A stretch of DNA of 64,000 nt from a bacterium. GTDB taxonomy: Bacteria; Patescibacteriota; Microgenomatia; Curtissbacterales; GWA2-41-24. The stretch spans positions 432,412 through 496,411 of the forward strand of contig JAKAJD010000001.1 of the NCBI GenBank assembly GCA_021813945.1, read 5' to 3'. Positions within the stretch are counted from its first letter, which is position 1, and each line of letters begins with the position of its first letter. Of the stretch, positions 54,395 to 61,952 are shown piece by piece. The position numbers and the translations under genes were made by a program. Below the pieces are notes generated by a model. It saw only the letters and a program-made list of their open reading frames with translations, did no database searches and was not told where the DNA came from.

Positions 54395-55995
54395 TTGGAA
54401 AATATTTCCTGTGCTATAAGCTCCAATTCGTTTTCCCGAATATCCACAACATCGCTTGCAGAAACTACGCTTGTTGGCTTAGATTCTTTTTTTGCCAGAA
54501 CAAATTTAAATCCAATAGGCTTTTTCATAAGATCTCCCATGTTTTTGTCCAAAACGGAAAGTATTTTCGGCTCCTCCAGCTTTTCTTTATGGAACCGATA
54601 AAATACCTCAAGAGTTATTACTCTGCCGTCAAAATCAACAGGTTTGGTTGATCTTAAAAGTGCAACGACATGGGCGTTAACCCTCTTAACTCTATTTAAA
54701 AACTCTGACCAATTTTTCTCAATATCCCCATACGAAACTTTCCTTCTTGAGACTTTTTTGAAATCAGGCTTTTCGACAACTTTTTCCGGCTTTTTTTGCT
54801 CACTCCGATCTTTAACTAACTCGTCTTGATCTAGCCCGCCCTCATCATCTTCTAAAACTTCATTTTGTGGCGTAGAAACACCTAAATACTTACAAACAGC
54901 AAGCACCATCGGAATTTGAGGCAAAGGATAAAGCTTCATTTCATTTTCGGAAATGGCCAAACTTCTTATCAGCTCTTGCAGTCTGTCTGAATCAAATTTC
55001 TCTGAAAGTTCCCTGACCTTTTTAAGTTGACCTTCGTCGTAGTCCGAAAAGGTGTCCGCAGGGAGCCCTATTTGCAAAAAAAGCACTTTTTCCAAAAAAA
55101 TAATAACTTGCTTGGCAAAAAAGGGTACGTCCCCACCAGCCTCAGCTATCTCCTCGATTGTCGAAATTGCGCCTTTGATGTCAGAACTTGCCAATGAGTT
55201 TGCAAACTCAAAAAGTTGATTCCAGCCACTTAGGCGCGCCAAACGAAAAACATCAGCCGGGCTCACTTTTTTCCCCGAAGCGCCAAGCTGGTCCAAAAGA
55301 GAAACGGCATCTCTAAACGAGCCATCCGCAGCCGTTGCTATAGCCATAGTTGAATCCTCTTCAATTTTAATACCTTCATCTTTGGAAATTTTAATAAGCA
55401 TTTTGGAAATATCGGCATTCGTGGCCCTTTGAAAATTGAATCTTTGAAGTCTGGACACAATTGTTGCCGGCAACTTTCCGAGTTCCGTTGTGCACAAAAT
55501 GAAAATCACGTGTCTCGGTGGTTCTTCCAACGTTTTTAAAAGGGCATTAAAAGCTTCAGTTGTAAGCATGTGCGCTTCGTCTACAATGTAGACCTTAAAC
55601 TTTGCAGAAACGGGCGAAAGTTTAACCTTCTCGCGAAGGTCACGGATCTCGTCTATTCCCCGATTAGAGGCCGCATCGATTTCGATTAAATCAAGGCTAG
55701 TTCCGTTAGTTATAGAAAGGCACGAATTACACTTTCCACACGGCTCCCCGAATTTAGATTTTGGAGTTTGGATTTTGGAGTTTTTGTCGGATCCGTATTT
55801 TTCGCAATTAACTGCCTTTGCAAAAATCCTTGCTGTTGAAGTTTTTCCGGTTCCTCTTTGGCCCCAAAATAAATATCCATGCCCAATCTTCCCCGATTCA
55901 AGTTGAGCCAAAAGTGTCTCAGCAATTGGCCCTTGCCCCACCAAATCAGAAAATTTTTGCGGCCTGTATTTGCGGTAAAAAACTTCACTTCTCAT
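54391..55995 (-). CDS. dnaX: DNA polymerase III subunit gamma/tau
   Basis: YRKYRPQ, GTGKTS, EIDAASN, DEAHML, NALLKTLEEPP. Confidence 0.96.
   Translation of the reverse strand: MRSEVFYRKYRPQKFSDLVGQGPIAETLLAQLESGKIGHGYLFWGQRGTGKTSTARIFAKAVNCEKYGSDKNSKIQTPKSKFGEPCGKCNSCLSITNGTSLDLIEIDAASNRGIDEIRDLREKVKLSPVSAKFKVYIVDEAHMLTTEAFNALLKTLEEPPRHVIFILCTTELGKLPATIVSRLQRFNFQRATNADISKMLIKISKDEGIKIEEDSTMAIATAADGSFRDAVSLLDQLGASGKKVSPADVFRLARLSGWNQLFEFANSLASSDIKGAISTIEEIAEAGGDVPFFAKQVIIFLEKVLFLQIGLPADTFSDYDEGQLKKVRELSEKFDSDRLQELIRSLAISENEMKLYPLPQIPMVLAVCKYLGVSTPQNEVLEDDEGGLDQDELVKDRSEQKKPEKVVEKPDFKKVSRRKVSYGDIEKNWSEFLNRVKRVNAHVVALLRSTKPVDFDGRVITLEVFYRFHKEKLEEPKILSVLDKNMGDLMKKPIGFKFVLAKKESKPTSVVSASDVVDIRENELELIAQEIFSK
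55750..55783. repeat. 7-bp-period tract inside the dnaX zinc-binding loop
   Basis: gaattt agatttt ggagttt ggatttt ggagttt (encodes NSKIQTPKSKF). Confidence 0.65.
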
Positions 55996-56005
55996 AAAAA
56001 CTCGT

Positions 56006-56407
56006 TTACTCGTGATGCTGCCCTAAAAGGTGTTCAACTCCATGGCAGACCAACTTATAAATTTCCTCATCAACCATAATATCATCAACGCTTGCCGCAT
56101 CAAGTACTTTCGGCCAGCACAAAACAATATCGCCCAGTCTTAAAACATCATCTGGGATACTTGCAAAACCGGAAGCAGGCGTTGAAGTAACTTCCTCAAG
56201 AGGAAACGAGAGTATTTCGTGCTCTTTTCCGTCCTTTAAATACTGATCGGTAAGGGTTTTCATCTTTCGACGACCAACAACGGCCACTGACACTTCAGAA
56301 GACAAACTATCAACCTTATGTTTTGTTAAAGTGTCCAAAACGGCTTTTCTCACCATTTTTCGATTGACAGGGAAACGAGCGTCAGAAAAAACTAAAGTCT
56401 TAACCAT
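56006..56407 (-). CDS. ybeY: rRNA maturation endoribonuclease YbeY
   Basis: ILSFP, LGDIVLC, HGVEHLLGQHH. Confidence 0.85.
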   Translation of the reverse strand: MVKTLVFSDARFPVNRKMVRKAVLDTLTKHKVDSLSSEVSVAVVGRRKMKTLTDQYLKDGKEHEILSFPLEEVTSTPASGFASIPDDVLRLGDIVLCWPKVLDAASVDDIMVDEEIYKLVCHGVEHLLGQHHE

Positions 56408-56413
56408 AAAGTT

Positions 56414-56860
56414 CTAACCTAGTCGGGATTTTACAATAGCAGAAACGGCATTACCATCGGCTCGTCCTTTTACCTTTGCCATAACAGCACCCATAACGCG
56501 ACCCATGTCCGCTGGAGTCGAAGCGCCAACTGACTGGATAACCTCATCAACTATTTTCCCAAGCTCTTCTTCGCCCATCTGATCGGGCAAGTAGACAGAC
56601 AACACCGCAAGCTCCGCTTTTTCCTTTTCGACTAGGTCTTCCCTACCACCACGCTCGTAAGCTTCTATTGATTCTTTATGCTGTTTAGCGCTTTTGGAAA
56701 TTTGATCAAGAATTTCCTGGTCAGAAAGCTCGCCACCTTTGGCAATCTCGGCATTTTTGAAGGCAGCCGCTAGCATTCTCAGAGTAGAAACTTTTACTTC
56801 GTCTCTTGCTTTCTGGGCATCAACTAAATCGCGACTTATCTGATCAGCAACCTGGCTCAT
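56414..56860 (-). CDS. GatB/YqeY domain protein
   Basis: KQHKESIEAY, YLP.Q, DMGRVMG, GRADG. Confidence 0.92.
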   Translation of the reverse strand: MSQVADQISRDLVDAQKARDEVKVSTLRMLAAAFKNAEIAKGGELSDQEILDQISKSAKQHKESIEAYERGGREDLVEKEKAELAVLSVYLPDQMGEEELGKIVDEVIQSVGASTPADMGRVMGAVMAKVKGRADGNAVSAIVKSRLG

Positions 56861-56899
56861 ATAGTTTTGACTTTTGCCTTTTGATTTTTGATTTTTCTT
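56860..56899. repeat. 7-bp-period tract (TTTTGAY)
   Basis: ttttgac ttttgcc ttttgat ttttgat ttttctt. Confidence 0.65.
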
Positions 56900-57087
56900 T
56901 AATACTTGCTCCTAATGTACTTTTTCCTGGCCATTTGGATCTTCTGCTGCTTTCTTAAAGATGGCTTAAGATAGTGCTCGCGCTTTTTGATTTCTGTCAA
57001 AATCCCCTCTGCTTGAACTTTTTTGTTGAATTTGCGAATCAGAGCGTCAGCCGATTCTCCAGGCTGTGCAATCACTTTAGTCGACAT
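56899..57087 (-). CDS. rpsU: 30S ribosomal protein S21
   Basis: GES.D..IRKF.KKV...GIL.E...REHY.KPS. Confidence 0.93.
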   Translation of the reverse strand: MSTKVIAQPGESADALIRKFNKKVQAEGILTEIKKREHYLKPSLRKQQKIQMARKKYIRSKY

Positions 57088-57105
57088 TAAAAAACACCAC
57101 CTTTC

Positions 57106-57444
57106 TCATAACTTTCTCCAGTCTATTTTTTTACCAGCTAAAAGATGCATATGCAAATGTGGCACATGCTGAAATCTACCACCATTATAAGCCAAGCGGA
57201 AAGCATCGAGCTTATTGTCTTCGATCAACTTTTTGGCAACTTCGTGCATTGCCATTAAATCGGAAGCTTCCGAGTCAGAAATTGTCAAAACTGATTCGAT
57301 ATGTTTTTTGGGAACAATCAGAAAGTGCACTTCGGCTATTGGATTTATATCTGCAAAAGCAACTACCTTTTCTGTCTCCGCGACAAAGTTGCTTTTAATC
57401 TCCCCTGTTACGATTTTACAAAAAATACAGTCTTTCGAAATCAT
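57106..57444 (-). CDS. HIT family nucleotide-binding protein
   Basis: DCIFCKI, HLHMH. Confidence 0.93.
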   Translation of the reverse strand: MISKDCIFCKIVTGEIKSNFVAETEKVVAFADINPIAEVHFLIVPKKHIESVLTISDSEASDLMAMHEVAKKLIEDNKLDAFRLAYNGGRFQHVPHLHMHLLAGKKIDWRKL

Positions 57445-57511
57445 ATATTTAATCCTAAGTTGCGCTTCCTTGGCTAAAAATTTTGCTTTTTTTATCATTT
57501 GAGCTCATAAG

Positions 57512-58360
57512 TTAAGATTTTTCGAGTATTTCGACGATTTCCTCAAGTTTCAAATTGCTAGGTTTCATCGTCGGATTTCTTGTCGAACCATTTCTGAGAA
57601 GTACCTTGGAGGCATGCAGAAACCAAGTTCCTACTTTGTCTTTCTCTTTTATTATCTCATAGGCTCGCGTAAGGTCGACTTTGTGGCTATTGGAACCGGT
57701 AATTCTAACGTAACCTTCCTGTGGGTCTTTTCTAACAACCAAAGAATAACCCTCCTTTATTGCAACCTCCATTATTCCGTCGTTTTTAGTTAAAACCCCG
57801 ACGCCTTTGCCCCAACGCGTATCAAACTTCACTCCGTCTTGCCTAATTTCTTTTTCCGCCTTTACTTTGGACTGCATAAGCCTGTAAACCGCCTCCAAAC
57901 CATCAGTCACAAAGCTAATATGCTTTTCGGTATCTCCAGGGTAAACACCCTTAAAACCGGAAAGAATATTGTGAAGCGAAAACTCCCATCTGTCCGAACC
58001 CGGATCCGCCCACTTGTAAGTATCCCATCCATGGTCAAGCTCCGTAATAACCTCTACAATTCGCTTTAGAGCTTCGTCGTCTGCCTTAACATATCCTTCT
58101 TTTACCAACCACTCGTAAACCAGTTTCGTGCCACAAGTGAATTCATTGGTTTTGTGGTGATCAAATTTGCCGCCACCGACATCAACATGTAAAACATTAG
58201 GATTAGAATCTACAGGCTCGTTGTTGTAAGTATTATCACCGGCAGGAACTAACTCGACCCGGGCATTTTTAAAATCAGGGTGAAATTTCCGAAGCAGCCA
58301 AATAGCCGGAATACCGTCAAAGTCCGGCGAGGTATGGGTAACTATAATTTTTTGCGCCAA
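57512..58360 (-). CDS. DHH/MYG1-like phosphoesterase
   Basis: VTH.SPDFD, VDVGGGKFDHH. Confidence 0.65.
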   Translation of the reverse strand: MAQKIIVTHTSPDFDGIPAIWLLRKFHPDFKNARVELVPAGDNTYNNEPVDSNPNVLHVDVGGGKFDHHKTNEFTCGTKLVYEWLVKEGYVKADDEALKRIVEVITELDHGWDTYKWADPGSDRWEFSLHNILSGFKGVYPGDTEKHISFVTDGLEAVYRLMQSKVKAEKEIRQDGVKFDTRWGKGVGVLTKNDGIMEVAIKEGYSLVVRKDPQEGYVRITGSNSHKVDLTRAYEIIKEKDKVGTWFLHASKVLLRNGSTRNPTMKPSNLKLEEIVEILEKS

Positions 58361-58440
58361 TCAAATAACACATCCTTCCCAATATCCCTAATGGGACTTT
58401 TCATTTTAACTTTTTAAGAGACGTTTGGCAAGAAAACTCT

Positions 58441-59016
58441 CTAATCAGGAGTTTCGCTTTTCGGAAACTTAGGTAAATCAGGTTCATCTCCATATCTTTT
58501 GATAAATTCGCCTCTCCATGCGGCATAACGAGGAGCAAACTTCTCTGCGAGCATGAGCTCCTTCGCTAGCTCATCATTTCTTAGAAACGAAAGCTCAAAT
58601 ACGGCCATCGCATAAGAAGCATTTTCAAAAACTTGTACTTTATCCGAAAATATACCGCCTTCCGAATCGTCAGCACCTAAAATTTCGCCCAAAACGCGAC
58701 CTACAGCCCCTCCTTCAAAATCGGCTGGAGTTTGACCTACCATATATAAACCTCTCACCCGGCCCAAAATAAATCTTTTGAAACTCTCCGTACCGTTCGA
58801 CCGTTTCAAAAGCCTCTCTAGTGCCGGAATCATTGTCTCGAGAAGCTGCGAGTTGGATTCTCTTCGCTCGGCTCCGCTAAGAATCTCCGCGAATTCTGCC
58901 GAATCAAGAGCGGGTGGTTCTCCATGCATATCTAACTTTGGGGCTAAATCTAAAAACCTTATGAGCCCTCCATTCAGCTCAGCCGGTGACATTTCACTGT
59001 AATCTCGCTCTCTCAT
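58441..59016 (-). CDS. Hypothetical protein
   Basis: 191-aa acidic ORF. Confidence 0.6.
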   Translation of the reverse strand: MRERDYSEMSPAELNGGLIRFLDLAPKLDMHGEPPALDSAEFAEILSGAERRESNSQLLETMIPALERLLKRSNGTESFKRFILGRVRGLYMVGQTPADFEGGAVGRVLGEILGADDSEGGIFSDKVQVFENASYAMAVFELSFLRNDELAKELMLAEKFAPRYAAWRGEFIKRYGDEPDLPKFPKSETPD

Positions 59017-59075
59017 ATATAAGGATCTTAAATAGTGCTAAATTTTAACTTTTTGAAAAGGCTTTTGGCAAGAAT

Positions 59076-60176
59076 TTACGCAGCAGTTACTGCTTTTTTA
59101 ACCAACTCCAAAGTTTTGGCCTGAAAAAGCGAGACCGCAATATACTGCTGAAGATCTACTTTTTGCTGCTCCGAAAGTTTAGATTGATCGACTCCGCCAT
59201 AGGCGTTTTCAAGCTCTTCTTTAGAGATCTGCACCTTTTCCTGTTTGCCAATCTCATCCATAATCAGCGTTGTTTTGACATTTTTTTCCGCCTGCGGTCT
59301 CCATTTGGCACGCAGTGCATCCATAGTAGTATTTTCTTCCCTCAAAAAGTCCTCAATCTTTTTGCCTTGCCGCTCGACTTCCTGGTTCAAACGAACCATT
59401 ATTCGGTTAAGCTCGTCGTCTACAAGAATATCCGGAACTTCCACTTCCCCTATTGTAAGAAGACTATCAAATAGCTCTTCCTCCAATTTGTTTTCCGATT
59501 GGTCCGCAACAATTGCTTCCAAGTCCTTCCTAACAAGCTCTTTTAGATGCGCAATATCCCTTGCCCCAACAGCTTTGGCAAACTCATCATCAATCTTGTC
59601 CTGAGCGCTAGTCGAAGGATTTCCGCTTCCTTTCACCGGAATAGGGTTACCATGAGCATCATAAATAACTTTGCTACCCGCCTCCTGGTCACTAGTCTCT
59701 GGCTTCTGGCTACTTTTTTGCTTCAACCAAGCCGCATGAATGTTTTTTATCGACTGTTCGACATCCGCATCCGAAACAGCCTTAACCGCAACTTTTTTAA
59801 CTTTGATAGCCTTCCAGTTGCCAAGCTTAACTTTAGGGCGCTGAATCAAAGACGCCACAAATGAAAAGGGCGAATTTAAAGAAAGCGCCTCAACGGCAAT
59901 TTTGGGATTAACTATAGGAACAATCCCTTCTTTTTGGAAAATCTCGTCCAGATGTTTTGTTACCAGAGAATTTGCCGCTTCGTTTAAAATCCTGCCTATC
60001 CCAATTTGTCCTTCAACTACGTCCCGAGGCACGTGGCCGGGCCTAAAACCGGATACTTTTACGTCCTTTGCTAAATTTTCAACCGCGGCATCATATGCTG
60101 CGGAAAAATCTGCCTTTGGCACATCAACTTTAACCTCAATTTTGCCCTTTTCGCCTGGGGTTATTGTGTATTGCAT
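59076..60176 (-). CDS. tig: Trigger factor lacking the FKBP PPIase domain
   Basis: GFRPGHVP ribosome-binding signature; DDEFAK; only ~45 aa between N and C domains. Confidence 0.9.
   Translation of the reverse strand: MQYTITPGEKGKIEVKVDVPKADFSAAYDAAVENLAKDVKVSGFRPGHVPRDVVEGQIGIGRILNEAANSLVTKHLDEIFQKEGIVPIVNPKIAVEALSLNSPFSFVASLIQRPKVKLGNWKAIKVKKVAVKAVSDADVEQSIKNIHAAWLKQKSSQKPETSDQEAGSKVIYDAHGNPIPVKGSGNPSTSAQDKIDDEFAKAVGARDIAHLKELVRKDLEAIVADQSENKLEEELFDSLLTIGEVEVPDILVDDELNRIMVRLNQEVERQGKKIEDFLREENTTMDALRAKWRPQAEKNVKTTLIMDEIGKQEKVQISKEELENAYGGVDQSKLSEQQKVDLQQYIAVSLFQAKTLELVKKAVTAA
59680..59714. repeat. 7-bp-period tract inside the tig linker
   Basis: gcctcct ggtcact agtctct ggcttct ggctact. 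Confidence 0.55.
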
Positions 60177-60216
60177 TGTAATTGAAAATTATAGCAGGAT
60201 CTTTGATGCATTCAAA

Positions 60217-60501
60217 CTAGAAACGGCCTCCGTACTTCGTGCCATAAGGATTCAATTTCCCAAGATCCTCAAAAGCGTTAAGCCATTTTCGGATGATGCC
60301 TTTTTCCCCGCCTGTTTCTATAGGATTACTATCTACTGTTACCGGTAAGGATCTGACATACCTGTTTGCAGATGCAACAGTCTGCCTAGCCGAAAGCCAA
60401 CCCGAAATACTTCGGCCACCACAAATTTGACCGGTCAACCTGCGGTCAGCTACATCAGCCGTATCACAAGCATCCCTCGAATTAAAAGCTCTCTCAGCCA
60501 T
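60217..60501 (-). CDS. Hypothetical protein
   Basis: 94-aa ORF, TATAAT 7 nt before ATG. Confidence 0.5.
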   Translation of the reverse strand: MAERAFNSRDACDTADVADRRLTGQICGGRSISGWLSARQTVASANRYVRSLPVTVDSNPIETGGEKGIIRKWLNAFEDLGKLNPYGTKYGGRF

Positions 60502-60540
60502 GTGGGAAATTATACTAAAAATTACTATAAGTTACAAAAT

Positions 60541-61770
60541 TTACGATAGCTCCCTTATTAAATCCTCGACAGTAAACACTCTAGGGGTTTCTTTGTCTCT
60601 TTCCTTCATCTCCACTTTTCCTTTACCAACTTTTTTGGAAACGACCAAACGAACCGGAATTCCGATAAGATCGGCATCTGCAAACTTTTCCCCTGCAGAA
60701 ACATTTTCCCTATCATCCCAAAGGACAGCAACACCGGCTTCCGTTAACTTTTTATAGATCTCTTTAACCCAAGGTTCAGTCCCGGTATCTTCGATATGAA
60801 CCAAATGGGCATCGAAAGGTGCAACCGATCTGGGCCAAATTATTCCCCGCTCATCGTGCATCACCTCTACAATTGCCCCCATTAGCCTGGAAATCCCGAT
60901 GCCGTAACAGCCCATGAGAACCGGTTTTTCCTTGCCGTCGGAATCTGTATATTTCAAACCGAATGCGCTACTGTATTTATCCTTTAGCGAAAAAATATTG
61001 CCGACCTCAATTGTTTTGGCCCGAACTAAAGGCCCGTGGCCCAAATCGCATTGCTTTCCTTCTTTGACAGTCGCAATTTCCGTATTTTCGGAAAAATCAC
61101 CGCCCGGGCAGTAAATTATCTCGTCCTCACCCGATTCGCATACAACCTGGTATTCATCCGAATACTTGGAAAAAGTGCCACCGCTAGCCCGCGTTTCAAT
61201 AGCGTTCAAGCCAACACGCTTGAAAACGTTTCTGTAAGCCACTTTTGCCTTTTCGTAGTATTTTTCAAAATCCGCCTCTGTCGCATGGAAAGAATATAAA
61301 TCCTTCATCAAAAATTCGCGCCCCCGCAAGAGCCCCGCCTTTGCCCTTACCTCGTCACGAAATTTTGTCTGGATTTGATAAACGTATTTCGGTAAATCAC
61401 CGTAAGATTTTACAAAGTGTTTTGCCATAGGAACTACGATCTCTTCGTGAGTCGGACCAAGCGCAAATTCACCCGCTTCACCTCTTACTCTAAAAAGAAC
61501 ATCGAAGCTTTTCCACCTGCCTGTTTGCTCCCAATTAGCTTTTGGTTGCAAAACCGGCATCGTAATTTCCTGCCCGCCTATTGCATCCATTTCCTCCCGA
61601 ACAATACTTGAGATGTTGTTGATAACACTCTGACCTAGAGGCAAATATGAATAAATTCCTGCTGCAACCTTATCAACATATCCCGCGCGGATCAAGAGCT
61701 TGGCATTTACCGATGTTTCGTCGGAAGGCACCTGCTTTGAAGTTTTAGAAAAAAGATCAGTTACTCTCAC
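60541..61770 (-). CDS. proS: Proline--tRNA ligase, short form without editing (INS) domain
   Basis: GPTHEE, QTKFRDE.R...GLLRGREFLMKD, MGCYGIG; GTG start 7 nt after TATACT. Confidence 0.95.
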   Translation of the reverse strand: MRVTDLFSKTSKQVPSDETSVNAKLLIRAGYVDKVAAGIYSYLPLGQSVINNISSIVREEMDAIGGQEITMPVLQPKANWEQTGRWKSFDVLFRVRGEAGEFALGPTHEEIVVPMAKHFVKSYGDLPKYVYQIQTKFRDEVRAKAGLLRGREFLMKDLYSFHATEADFEKYYEKAKVAYRNVFKRVGLNAIETRASGGTFSKYSDEYQVVCESGEDEIIYCPGGDFSENTEIATVKEGKQCDLGHGPLVRAKTIEVGNIFSLKDKYSSAFGLKYTDSDGKEKPVLMGCYGIGISRLMGAIVEVMHDERGIIWPRSVAPFDAHLVHIEDTGTEPWVKEIYKKLTEAGVAVLWDDRENVSAGEKFADADLIGIPVRLVVSKKVGKGKVEMKERDKETPRVFTVEDLIRELS

Positions 61771-61822
61771 AAAATGAAGTATAACAGTTTTGTCGCTGCT
61801 AGCGAAGCAAGTTTGCTTGGTC

Positions 61823-61914
61823 AAGGTCAGGTCTTCTCCTTAGCTAAGGGCAGGCCTTAACATACGGAATTCGCTGCACAAAGGCCTGACCTTTACTCCA
61901 GAAGGCCTGACCCA
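61823..61914. repeat. Four nested copies of the 13-bp repeat (F,F,R,R)
   Basis: 61823 AAGGTCAGGTCTT, 61846 AAGGGCAGGCCTT, 61881 AAGGCCTGACCTT, 61902 AAGGCCTGACCCA. Confidence 0.85.
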
Positions 61915-61915
61915 T

Positions 61916-61943
61916 GAATCGTAAATCGTATGTCGTATATCTT
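61916..61943. repeat. 7-bp-period tract
   Basis: gaatcgt aaatcgt atgtcgt atatctt. Confidence 0.55.
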
Positions 61944-61952
61944 TCTTAGAAG

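Noticed and set aside
61823-61914. Repeat-spacer pattern as a mini CRISPR array
   Set aside because: Units are only 13 bp, change orientation and are unevenly spaced; no cas genes.
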